DNA of 63,814 bases, filler included, from Cercozoa sp. M6MM (GCA_040357565.1; 11 parts of 11 records of this genome joined end to end with filler, not necessarily neighbours in it); one strand, 5' to 3'; positions 1 to 11,494 are shown, counted from the first letter of the whole stretch. The notes: generated by a model not told the origin, from the sequence alone. Numbers and translations are program-made.

Positions 1-14
1 CCCCCCCCCCCCAG

Positions 15-2331
15 GTACTGCGACCGTCGATCTTGGGAGCAGCGTGGCTGTCGCCTGCGCCGGGGTAACCCCCTCTTACTCTTACTCTTCTGCCTTAACT
101 CTCCCCCTCCCCCGTGTGCAGTTGGACAGGTGGTATTCTGACAGCGGTAGCAGTTTTACCCCTCTCCAGTGGGTATGTGTACTGACATATATATGAGGAT
201 AGGCTGGAGCAGTCTACCTGGCGGGCGGTCTGGGTGCTTTGCGACTCATTCCGGGCAAGGGAGGCAACCTATGTGACGTCGTTCCCGTCGATGTGGCCGT
301 GCGGTACTGCTGTTGCCCCCTCCCCCTCTTTACCCCTTACCCCTTACCCTTACCCCTTACCCTTACCCCCTCCCTAGTGCCACACTGATGGCGATGTGCA
401 CCGTGGTGGACTCTCTGCCGGTACATTGGACCTCTGTGTATGGGTCCATTTGGACCGATTTGTTCGGTCCATTTGTACCTCTGATTCTGGACAGGCTAGC
501 AGTGTCGAGAATGTCGACATTGTGCATTGCACCACTACTGACTGTACCCTTATCCCCCTACCCCTCTACCTTTTACCCCCCCCCCCCCAGTGAATCCGTG
601 CTCGTGGCGACTGGCGCGCGACGCGATGCGCCCGTTCTGGCGACACTTTGTGCCGGCCGACTTTGTGTACTTCTACCCCCTTACCTCTTACCCCTTACCT
701 CTTACCCCTTACCTCTTACCCCTTACCTCTTACCCCTTACCCCGTACCCTCTTACCCTTTGCCCAAGTGCAGTACGCCTGCTGATGTGGCGCCGTTCAAG
801 GGTGCCGCGCGGTTCGGTAAGTCCACCGGTGTCCATTTATATCACCTGTGTATGTACATATGTACCATGTGTATGTACATATGTACCATTTGTATGTACA
901 TATGTACCATGTGTATGTGTACATATGTACCATGTGTATGTACATATGTACCATGTGTATGTACATACATACATGTATTGGCACAGGCGGTACGTTCAAG
1001 CGTCGGCCGCGTTTCGCCTTCATTGCGTCGCCGCAGCTGTAGCCACATCTATACCCCCTACCTCCTCCTTTTACCCCCCCCCCGTGTGTGTGCAGATACC
1101 AGTTGCGTTTCTTCACGCAGTACTCGGTGCCTGCGTCGCTGCGCAACACGGTGGCTCTGGTGGCCGCACGTGGTACCCTCCTGACTGAGAGTGATCGAAC
1201 TGACTGACTGGGTGATCACACTGGGTGACTGACGGTGTGATGTGTATCAGTACTGGGCGAGGACGGTGCGGCCTCGCTGACGGCACGTGCGCGCGCCTTC
1301 GAGTCGCTGCTGATGCGCGTGCGCGTGCTGACCGACGAGTTCCGCTTCTTTGTGGTAGTCTTTTGGTATACGGGGGTGTCCGCGTGGACGTGCTGTTTGA
1401 TGTGACCCCTCCCCTGTCTTCCGCGCGGACAGGAACGCGAGCTACGATTCGACACGACAGGACTGCGGCAGCTGGAGCGGCGACTCTGCCGCGCGGACGC
1501 GGAAGACTCGCTGTCGGCCGTGGCGCTGCTGCAGTCGGTACATGTGCTTTAGCACACGTGCCCACTGGGGCTGACCACTTGGGTGACCACTGGAGTGACT
1601 GGGTGATCGCGTGAGTACCCAGTGGAGCACGTGTCTCTGTTTTGAGCAGGTGGACTGGCGTGTCTACAACGAGAACGCCGCCTTTGGACTGGCGCGACAC
1701 GTGCTCAAGCTGGGCCCACGTGTGCTCACTGACAGGTGGCTTCCCATGTGCCAACTTGACTCACTGACTGTGTGACTGGGTGACTGGGTGACTGAGTGAC
1801 TGGGTGACGGTGTGGGTGTGCACGTGCGCAGTGAGGAGGACCCGCGCGAGCAGAGTGTGCCGATCACGCTGGCGCGCAGTGCCACGCCTGCTGTGGTTTT
1901 AGCCCTCTTTACCCCCTTTACCCCCCCCCCCCCGGTGCGCTGTGTCCCCCCCCCCCTCGTAGCAGCAGCAGCAAGAACTGGCGGACGACTTCGTGAAGGT
2001 GAGTCAGTGTGTGTTTGGACAAACTGGTCGGAGTAACACGTGTGTCTGTGCAGACACTGCTGAGTCGTGTGTCACCGTCGATCAAGTGGTCCATCGGGGT
2101 AGCCAACCGTCCCTCTGTCTGGACACGTGTATGTGTACATGTGTGTGGACAGAAAAAACAACTGCACCCGCATGCCGCTCTGCCGATGTCTTCGCCTGTA
2201 TGCCCCCCCCCCCCCCTTTACCTCTGCTTTCTTTACCCCCCTACCCCCTCTTTACCCCCTCCCCTGACAGGACAAGACGGTGCAGTCGGTGCTGAAAAGT
2301 CCGCGCGTGGTGGCCGCCATGCAGGCGACCA
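15..2331 (+). CDS. Fatty acyl-CoA reductase (NAD-binding 4/Sterile domain), probably fused to a downstream DHAP/G3P acyltransferase; partial at both ends, 16 introns
   Basis: Hand-spliced exons give VLRPSILGAAWLSPAPGW...CDVVPVDVAV...NPCSW...FRFFVERELRFD...VDWRVYNENAAFGLARHVLK, typical FAR motifs. The frame continues to SIKWSIG...SVLKSPRVVAAM with no stop before the contig end. Confidence 0.85.
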
Positions 2332-2431
2332 NNNNNNNNNNNNNNNNNNNNNNNNNNNNNNNNNNNNNNNNNNNNTTAATTAATTAANNNNNNNNNNNNN
2401 NNNNNNNNNNNNNNNNNNNNNNNNNNNNNNN
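2332..2431. other. Artificial contig-joining spacer (N-run + TTAATTAATTAA six-frame stop). Same spacer at 6067-6166, 7224-7323, 17771-17870, 19381-19480, 27902-28001, 34335-34434, 56094-56193, 57420-57519, 62519-62618
   Basis: Identical 100-nt N/TTAATTAATTAA/N blocks; genes are cut off at them. Confidence 0.98.
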
Positions 2432-2449
2432 CCCCCCCCCCCCCCATAG

Positions 2450-2774
2450 CGTATGGGCACGCACGAGCCATCGAAAAAAGCTCTCGATGCCATGGCTGGC
2501 GAACTGGACGACACGTACATACTCTACCTCTCTACCCTCCCCTCTACCTGTCTACCTGTCTACCTGTCTACCCCTCTACCTGTCTACTTGTCTACCTGTC
2601 TACCTGTCTACCCCTCTACCCTACCTCCATGGTGTGAGTAACAGGTGCAAGCGACGCGCGCAGTTCAGTCGCCGCCGACAGGTCTACACGGACGGCACCA
2701 TCGACTACATCAACGAACGCAACCGCCGCTTCAACCTCAAGGTACAGATTATGTCTTGGCGTATATACATATCA

Positions 2775-2806
<32 letters not shown>

Positions 2807-2918
2807 CTATATATATGATATATATATGATATATGATATATGTCCCATGTAGGTCAGTCGCGCCTTCGACAAGCACACGGCGCACCTGCGCGCCGCACTC
2901 GAGCGCGGCACTGCCTAG
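2450..2918 (+). CDS. SYF2: Pre-mRNA splicing factor SYF2, 3' part
   Basis: Exons ending 2514, 2645-2741 and 2853-2918 give KRRAQFSRRR...IDYINERNRRFNLKVSRAFDKHT...ALERGTA*, the SYF2 C-terminal signature. Confidence 0.93.
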
Positions 2919-3602
2919 CTCTGGTCTCTGCGTCCACTGACGTTCCTTGGTCTTCCACGCGGACGGACGACGAGTCAATGCAACTCTTGCGAATTCGAAG
3001 TTAACACGAGCCTGCGGTTTCAGTTGTTTCTACTACGTCGTAGTTTCTGTTCACCGGCAGTTTGGAACTGAAGCCATAGTATGCATGCCAAGCGATCGGA
3101 GGCACCTATTCCGTCGTCGATGGTGCATCTCCCGGTAATCCCGCAATTGGAGACCAATTGAGATCGCGGGAGTAAAGCACTGTATGGGAGTGAACTGCAG
3201 CCAGGTACAGCGAAGCATTGCTCTGCCGATCCAGTGATCCCTCAGTCGGCGGCACAGCAGTGGGTGGGACAGTCAACTAGCAAATTGATCTCAACCGTCG
3301 CGCAATGATTGACCAGTGAGTGTTCGCAGTGCGCATCTTAGTGCAGGGTCAGCGTTGGTGTGTGTGCTGTTTGGGGAGCATCGCTTGCGTCGATCTAAAT
3401 ATGCATTCTGAGGTGAGTTGTTTTTGTTGTTTCGCCGGCGCAGTAACAATTTTTGAACAATGTGAAGTGCGAAGGTTGTTGAACGGTTCTGTTAATTTCT
3501 CGCGCTTGCACTTTTCGCAGCGCTACGTTCACTTTTGTCTTTTTCTTAGTTTCTTGTTGCGAAAGCGCAAGTGAAACGATTACCAAAAGGCGTTTTTGCA
3601 CT

Positions 3603-5966
3603 ATGGTCATGAGTGTCGATGTATCGGGTGCCTCGCAGAGTCGGCGTGGGTGGGCCGTCTTCCTGCTGGCCTTGCACTGGTAGGCTTGTTTGCATTGTGA
3701 AGAGTGCATCAATGGGTGGGCGGTCCGAGCAGGCTGTTGGAGCGTCTAGCCTTCTACGGCCAGATCGTGGTGACGCAGGCCGTGCTGACCACGTCGCTCG
3801 GTATGCACGAGGCCGGCGCCAACGCAGTGATGCTCGGCAACCGTTCGGCGCACCAGTTCTCGCAGGTCTTGGGCGGCTTCCTGGCCGACGGACGGTTTGC
3901 GCGGTAATCGGTGCCTTAGATGCATTGTATCTCACACCCACACATATGTTTCTATTGTATGTCGATATCAATGACATGTGTAGGTACCGCTTTGCGTCAG
4001 CGGCAGCAATCTGCGCCTCGATGGGTTTCGGCATGGTGGCATTGGCTAATTCAGGAACTCTATCGGAGAAGGTAGCTCTACTTTCGTACCTATGGACCCT
4101 TATATGTTAGCCCTTTACATTTGGACAGGAGACCATCCCGTGGTTGTTTTTCACAGGTTACACACTCGCCTTCATGTCGCTGTAACTTTCTGTTTTTACT
4201 TCTCCATAACATAGTATGCACCAGTTGCTTTTTCACAGAGGTGCTCTACTGCCATGCCGAATCGCACTGCTGGGCGACCTGTTTGTGCAGCAACGTCGTC
4301 AGGTACATGGGTTTTTTTTTTAACGATCATGTTCGATAAGACTGTGTTCACTCTTGTTGGTGCGTGCTGCTTAGGAGAGACGCAACAGCGTGGCTCAGCC
4401 GGACGAACAGCAGGTCTTCTCAGAGGAGACGCGCACCGAGAACGTCGACGAGTTGCGCGAGCGCGCGATTCGCATCACCTACCAATCCACTCAGGTGTGT
4501 CTGTCTGTGTCTGTGTCTGTGTCTGTGTGTGTCTGTGTGTCTGTGTGTCTGTGTGTCTGTGTGTCTGTGTGTCTGTGTGTCTGTGTGTCTGTGTTCTTTC
4601 CCTACGTTTCTTGGTGACTTCCTGTGAAACCCTTGTTTATTGGCCAGATTGGCGCTCTAACGGCCTTCATGGCACTTCCGGCCGTCCTGCAGTATGGAGG
4701 CTACTCCATGGTACTGACTCCATGTGTGCCTTGCCTTTCTGTGTACTCGGTGTCATATGACGTGTCCCCAGGCCTCAGGGATTGTCGCCTTTGCTTGCGC
4801 TGTGGCGACGCTGCTTCTCGTGGCAGGCGGTCCTCTGTACCGACAGGTACGCTTGTGTGTCCTGTTCTATGTTACGAACAACATGATACCTCTCCTCTCC
4901 ACCGGTAGGCTAGTGCGACACGCGCGCTGTACTCGCAGTTCATGCGTGTCGTAGTGGCTGCCAAGCGCCAACGACTGGCAGATGTACTTGCAATCTCCCC
5001 CTGCTGTCTGAGTGTAATCTACCCTATGGAAACACTGCTGTTCCCTCTTGCAGGACAACACGCCTCTGCTGGCAGCTGCGACTGTGAACGATACCGCGGA
5101 AACTGAGTACAATAGTGCCTCGTCCAGCATCTCGTCGCGACAGGTGCAGCACATGACGTCGCTCGAGTTGTTTTTGGTACTTTAGTCCCCTCCACATCAC
5201 CTTGTTTTACCCCCCCCCCCCCCACACACAGGAAGGAGCACGACGAGACGAGCAGTTACAGCGGGAGCAGCGCGAACTGGCCGAACAGGCCGAGCGCAAT
5301 CGTTTGCAGGCACGCTGTTTGGGTGTGTATGCTCACTTGGACGCTTTGTGATGTTGCTTAACGTTGGTCCACTGTTGCTGGTACTGCTGCAGACGTCGCC
5401 TCGGAGGAGCTTGACCCAGAGGAACTGTTGCACGCGCACGCCGTTTTGATTGCGCCTGATGTGCCGCCGGTCAGTGCGCTTGTTGACGATGCACAGGTAG
5501 TTTACTGCCCCTCCTCACCCGCCTGGTGTACCCGTGCTCTACTCCGTCAGGCAATGGCACGCGTGCTGCCGCTGGCGCTGGCGACGGTGTTCTTCTTTGC
5601 CGTCTTTGTACAGCAGGAGTCTACGGTAGTTCTACTCTTACCTTCTTCCCGATACACTTCTACATTCCTCCCTTCCTCAGATTATGAACTGGTGCGACCA
5701 ACACTTGCGACCTGTGCCAGTGCCCTTCCTGGGCGAGGACGCCAAGCTTGTCGCCTGGCAGGTATGCATACCCACTTATGCACATTTCTGCTGGACATTG
5801 GTGCTGTGCATTTGTACCGTACAATTGTACGAACATGTGTACAGGTGCTCGGCGTCGGTAGTGCCGTGTTCGAGCTCGCCGTGGCGCCTGTGATTGAGGT
5901 AGAAACAGAATGTTAGGAAAGGACTGGCATGATCTTATGCGCTATCGTTTCGTCTGCAGTACCTGG
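3603..5966 (+). CDS. Proton-dependent oligopeptide transporter (POT/PTR2 family), 3' partial, many introns
   Basis: Spliced N-terminus WLLERLAFYG (ExxERFxYYG-like), then LGGFLADGRFARY, LGDLFVQQ, IGALTAF and FFFAVFVQQEST; multiple hydrophobic helices. Confidence 0.85.
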
Positions 5967-6183
5967 TACGAGTGTCGCGTCGCAACGGAAATCGCTTCTA
6001 CATGACACATCGTCTGTACACTTTTTTGTTTTTGTTCTTCGTCTATATATATATATATATATATATNNNNNNNNNNNNNNNNNNNNNNNNNNNNNNNNNN
6101 NNNNNNNNNNTTAATTAATTAANNNNNNNNNNNNNNNNNNNNNNNNNNNNNNNNNNNNNNNNNNNNCCCCCCCCCCCCGACAG

Positions 6184-7209
6184 GGTGCCGGCCTGACGGG
6201 CCGCGAGGACTACAACAGCAGCACGTGGTCGCACTACGACACACAGGCGGCGTCGCTGCGCGAGTCGCGGCCGGCCGTGATGGCACGTACCATGGGTCTC
6301 AGCAGCGGCGGCGAGGACGTCAACGTGTGCGTGCCGCAGCGTCCTGGCACTGGTAGGACCTGACCCCGCCCTCCTCATCCCCCGCCCTACCCCTGTTCAT
6401 CCTTGTCCCTTCGTTCCCCCAGGTATGAAGTTCGACAAGTTCGCAAACTGGACATCGGACCCGAACGCATTGCGCGACATCAGCAGTCCCGTGATGGTGG
6501 AGCGGCGTCTCAACGCCAACCGGCCCTACTGGGTGCACGAGTGGGATACCTCCATCACAGCGGCCATGCTGCGTGGTGACCACTTCGACTGGTACCGCTC
6601 CGAGCGCGCCGCCATGATCAAGATGGCGCTGCAGCAGACGCACGAGGAAATCGGCGCTCTCAACGACCTGGCCTCTTTGCGTATCATGGACCTCGCCGAG
6701 GACCACCTCAAGGTACTGCCTCCTTACCCCCCCCCCCCCGGGAGTATCCTGATCCCCTCCCCATCCTTAGGCCATGGTGGCCATGTACGGCGCCGAGCGA
6801 CTGCACCAGCAGCTCAAGCAGCAGCTCAACGACTACGTGCTGAGTGAGGTGGCCGCACTGGCCGGCGGCATGCCGCTCGAGAAGGTGCGCGCCATCATGG
6901 CGGTGCTCAAGGCGCACCGCACCTTTGTGTCCAACGAGGAGACGGCTGCCGACTTGGCTGCCAACTGGTACTGTTCCATTGCTTGTCCCAGTACTACTTG
7001 TCCCAGCACTACTTGTCCAGCACAAGACACATGTACCTGTATGTCTTGCACAGGGAGGCCAAGCGTCGTGAGATGCGCAACTACGCCGTGGCGGCCATGT
7101 CGGGCCGCGATGCCTTCCTGGACCTGTTCGATGTGGAAGAGCGCGAGACCATGCGTCGCATCGAGGAGGGCACGGCCTCACTGGCCGAGGTTGTCACGCT
7201 CTTCGTGCG
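6184..7209 (+). CDS. Hypothetical alpha-helical protein, internal fragment (4 exons)
   Basis: GC-rich exons join in frame through GT-AG introns (GMKFDKFANW...AEDHLK|AMVAMYG...LAANW|EAKRREMRNY); family not recognised. Confidence 0.7.
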
Positions 7210-7454
7210 GTACCCCCCCCCCCNNNNNNNNNNNNNNNNNNNNNNNNNNNNNNNNNNNNNNNNNNNNTTAATTAATTAANNNNNNNNNNNNNNNNNNNNN
7301 NNNNNNNNNNNNNNNNNNNNNNNGGGGGGGGGGGTAAGGTAGGGTGCAAGGGAGGGGTAGGCAGGGGCAAGGTAGGGGTAGGTAGGGACAAGGTAGGGGC
7401 AAGGGAGGGGTAGGCAGGGGCAAGGTAGGGTAGGTAGGGGGTAAGCAGGGGGGT

Positions 7455-8444
7455 ATAACTCCACGCACACTTGACGGAGTTGCCGAGCGTGCTGAGTGCG
7501 GCAACGAGCCACTCGAGTCGCCAGTGCACCAGCAGCGACATCAGCATCGGAAACGCCATGAACACCTGCGGTGCTGACAGGTACCAGTCCGGCTCTTCTT
7601 CTTGTTTCTCCTGTCGTTTCTCATGTCGTTTCTCATGTCGTTTCTCCTGTCGTTTCTCATGTCGTTTCTCCTGTCGTTTCTCCTGTCGTTTCTCCTGTCG
7701 TTTCTCAGGTTTCTGCGACTGCTCATTCCGAGTGTCGCTCTCGTTCGACTCGGCAGTGCCGGCCAGTGGTGCCACGTGTCTCACTGGCACGTGGTCCACT
7801 GGAGCCACTGGCAAGTGACCCACTGGCACGTGACCCACTGACACCGGGTCCACGGAGGCCTCATGCCACTCGGCGTGCCCACGTGCGCGACTGCGCCGCC
7901 GCGCGCGCTGCCTGCTGCGCCCGCTCTTGGCCGACCGCGCGTTTCTCGACCGCGCCGACGACCGCGCGTTTCTCGATCGTACCGTCTTCTGGCGTTTCTC
8001 CAAACTGAGCACACGAGACACCGTCTGTGTCTCTATGCACACGCACACATGTGCCTACGTGAGTACCTGGCAAAGTCGAGCGACAGCTGCGGCAGCATGT
8101 GACCTCGCGCCACGTCGCTTTCGTTTTCGGCCTCGTCCGCGCGGAAGGGCGAGCAGATCGACAGACGCGACGACACCAGCGGCAGCTGCACCAGCGAGGC
8201 CGTTGCGAACTCGAGCAGAAAGGCCGCCAGCAAGGCCACCTCGACCTCGCGCGTCATCACGAACAGCGTCGCCGTGCGCGCTTGTACCTGCTTAAGGGGG
8301 AGGGATAAAGGGAAAGGGGTAAAGGATGAGGGTAAGGGTAAAGTGACAGGATAACAGGCCTACCGACACGAAGAGTAGGCCCAACGTGCAGCCGATCAGT
8401 ATCGGGCAAGCACATGCCCAGGCCAGTTGCAGCACCTCGACCAT
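7455..8444 (-). CDS. Hypothetical membrane protein with an Arg/Ser-rich segment and an (EKRQ/EKRH)n repeat; 3' partial, start may lie further upstream
   Basis: Minus-strand exons with GT-AG introns; hydrophobic segments (LAWACACPILIGCTLGLLFVS; VFMAFPMLMSLLVHW). Confidence 0.6.
7607..7707 (-). repeat. 12-bp coding tandem repeat, about 8 units (GAGAAACGACA[G/T])
   Basis: Directly visible (tgtcgtttctc[a/c])n, encoding EKRQ/EKRH. Confidence 0.9.
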
Positions 8445-9003
8445 CCTGCAGAAGCAACTGCTGGCCAGAGAGTCCGACTGACAGAAAGACAGAAAGACTG
8501 AGAGCTTCTGCACTGCACTCCCTCGCCGGGAGATCCGTGCAACACACGCCGAGAGAAAACCTCCTCGAATGCCTGTGGAAGCACCACCTGCCTGGCCTGC
8601 GTGCCAGTTGTGTGCTCGTGCGTTTTACGCCAATGAAAGCTGTCCTCACAAGGATCGACAGTTTCCACTGGCTCGCACGCTGCTGCACTCCTGTTTGCCA
8701 GGCACAATGCACAGCAGCTCGTTTAATATGCTTAATCTTATGGGAAAACCCGGGAACGCCGGCTGGCCGCAAGTCGGATTTGGACGGCCGCGTCAAACAC
8801 CCTTTTCCAGAGCCAAGAGTGGCTGTGCAGACGTTTCTAGGCTTTGTGCAGCTCTGATAGAGGTAAGGGGAAGGAAATCAGATCTATCGGACAGTCCTTT
8901 GGCTTGCAATTTAGGTTCGCTGTGCTTTTGAAGGTACACGTCAGTTTCGGGGAGGCGAGAACGGGCGCAACGCCGAGAGAAAGAGAGAAAGGACTCACCA
9001 AGC

Positions 9004-10610
9004 ATGAGCGTTGTCGAGCACGGCGAGGCAGGTGCGCTGCGCGCCGAGAACGCGCGATTACGCGCCGAGCTGGCGCGACTGCAGATCTCGCACCAGCAGG
9101 GAGGTCACTCGACATCGGTAGGCAGTGCGCGCAAGGCGAAGCGCGTGTCGCTCCCGCGTGCGAGGCACACGCGCGCACGCTCGATCAGCAACGCCGTGCT
9201 GGGCGGTACGGGCTTGGTGCCACGTGCCAAGGAGCACACGCTGCTGGACAGCTTCCTGGAGGCCATCCGGCGCATCGCGCACGAGACAACGCCGGAGCGA
9301 ACGGCGGCAGCGGTGGTGGACGAGACTTGCGCGCTGCTGCAGTGCGACCGTGCCACGCTTTTCTTTGTCGATGAGGATGCACAGGAACTCGTGCTGCTCA
9401 TTGCCACTGGCGCACGCGAGATCCGCTTGCCAATGGTAGACTTGCCCTTCCTCCACCGCACCCTTTCTCCCTAGCGTTTACCCTACCCTTGACTTTACAC
9501 CCACCCTTTACCCCTACCCTATACTGTACGCTACTCTTCACTCTACCCTACCCTTAACCCCTCCCCACAGGGCCAGGGCGTGGCAGGTTCCGTGGCAGTG
9601 CACGGACGCACCGTGAACATAGCGGACGCCTATGCGGACGCGCGGTTTGACCCGTCGCACGACAAGCAGAGTGGCTACCGCACGCGGTCACTGCTGTGCG
9701 CGCCGATCTTTGACTACGACGGCGACATTGTGGCCGTGCTGCAGGCCATCAACAAGAAGGACGGCACCGGCAACGGCACCGCCGCCTTTGGCGAGCAGGA
9801 CGAGACGCTGCTGGACGGCCTGGCCTCGCATGTCGGCGTCGCACTGCGCAACGTAGTTTTGTCCTTGATCTTGTTACCCTCCCCCTTGACTTTAACGATG
9901 AGGCAGACGCAAACAATGTACGAACTGGACGCGTCGAGGAGGCAGGTGTCGGCGCTGCTCAACGTGGTGCGCATGCTGCACTCCAAGGCGCCGACGCACT
10001 CGCTGCTGTTCGAACTGAACCAGCGTGCCTCGCAGCTTGTGTGTGCCGGTGCGTTTAGCCCCCCGTTCATTTCCCATTGACCCCGACCCCTCGTTTACCC
10101 CCTGCCTGCAGATCGGTGCACGCTGTACATTGCGGACCACGCGCGGGAAGAGCTGGTGCTGCTGGACAGCGATCTGAACTTTGATCTGCGCTTCCCGATG
10201 GCCAAGGGTATTGCCGGACATGTCGCTGTCACCAACACGGGGTATTGCTTGAGTCTTATCCCTCCCCCTACCTCTCCACACACCTTACCCCCTCCCTCCC
10301 CAACCACGCCTGTTTTGCTTGTGACAGAGTGAACATCCGCGACGTGTACGACGACGAGCGGTTCAACCCAGAGTACGACAAGCGGAGCGGTTACCGCACG
10401 CGCTCGATGCTGTGCATGCCGCTGCGCAACTCGCAGAACGAGTGCATTGGAGTGATGCAGTGCATCAACAAGACCACGGAGGACTGCTTCTCGGTGCAGG
10501 ACGAGGAACTGCTCGACACGCTGCTGGCCATTGCTGGCTCCATCATCGAGAACTCGCGTCTGTTCGACATGCAACCGCGCAAGATGACCGAGGTATGTCT
10601 CTCTCTCCCT

Positions 10611-10688
<78 letters not shown>

Positions 10689-10834
10689 GTGTCTATACTC
10701 TGACTGGTTGGATGCAGGTCGAGCGTGCCGGAGACCTGCAGCCTGTGACTCCGCGCCGGCGTCAGCCGCTCGATCTGGACATTGCCGCCATCGCCGAGGA
10801 ACCAGAGGACTTCTCGGACGCCGACTACTACTGA
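9004..10834 (+). CDS. Tandem GAF-domain protein (cNMP-PDE-type GAF-A/GAF-B) with no catalytic domain
   Basis: Two GAF repeats: GVAGSVAVHGRTVNIADAYADARFD..DKQSGYRTRSLLCAPI...QAINK...F..QDE and GIAGHVAVTNTGVNIRDVYDDERFN..DKRSGYRTRSMLCMPL...QCINK...F..QDE (NKFDE motif). Five introns; stop at 10834. Confidence 0.92.
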
Positions 10835-10997
10835 CTTACCTCACGTTCGGTGATGTACATGCTCGACTAGCGATGTAGAACTTTTAGTCAGTAATCCCCG
10901 CATCGTTGGGTGAAAATGGCGATCGGGAGAAAAAGATTAAAGAAAAAAGAAAATGGGAGCGCGGCTGCTTAGACGTGAAGACATGCGTAGACACGGT

Positions 10998-11050
10998 CAT
11001 GCTCTTGTGACCCACCCCAGACTGGTGCAGGGAACTACTTAGTTGGTTTC
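10998..11050. repeat. Dispersed intergenic repeat segment, inverted copy at about 60834-60892
   Basis: GCTCTTGTGACCCACCCCAGACTGGTGCAGGGAACTACTTAGTTGGTTTC is a near-exact reverse complement of 60834-60890. Confidence 0.85.
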
Positions 11051-11494
11051 AGAAAAGACTCGACTAACTATCCAGTGTCAATAAACACAAGGGCGACTTT
11101 GAAAGAGAAGCAGATTTGCCGCAGACGCTTTTAAGCTGCTGAGGGGAACTGTCGTAGTAGAACAACTCTCGTCTGCACACAGAATCACATCCTGTCGCAA
11201 GCGTCAAAGCGGTTGTTTATTTAACCTGCGCCTTTTCGAAAGACGAAACAATAAAACTTAATTTACCCAGACAGGACCAGTGTTTGCAAATGGTACGCCT
11301 TGCCAGCAGCACCACGAAACTTCAAGCTTCAAACTTTTACACTTTTACATGGTCGTATATAAATCCACCGTTTCAACAATAAAAATGCGCCAAGTGCGAA
11401 ATCGGGGTTTCTCAAGCTGGTCGAAGCAGTGCACTGCATTTCGCACGGCGACACCCTCAGTTTTGGCATCCTTCTCTCGTTTTAGAGATTTAGA

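Noticed and set aside
330-760. TTACCC(C)-type arrays as telomeric repeats or chromosome ends
   Set aside because: They are degenerate, confined within GT-AG introns and not the CCCTAA unit; contig ends here reflect assembly breaks at repeats.
313-1188. Long ORFs rich in PLTPY, VHMY, CVCV or SLSL repeats (here and elsewhere)
   Set aside because: Read-through of repeat-filled introns; the real coding frame is recovered by splicing.
2332-2431. Recurrent TTAATTAATTAA palindrome flanked by Ns
   Set aside because: Artificial six-frame-stop linker between contigs; gene adjacency across it is meaningless.
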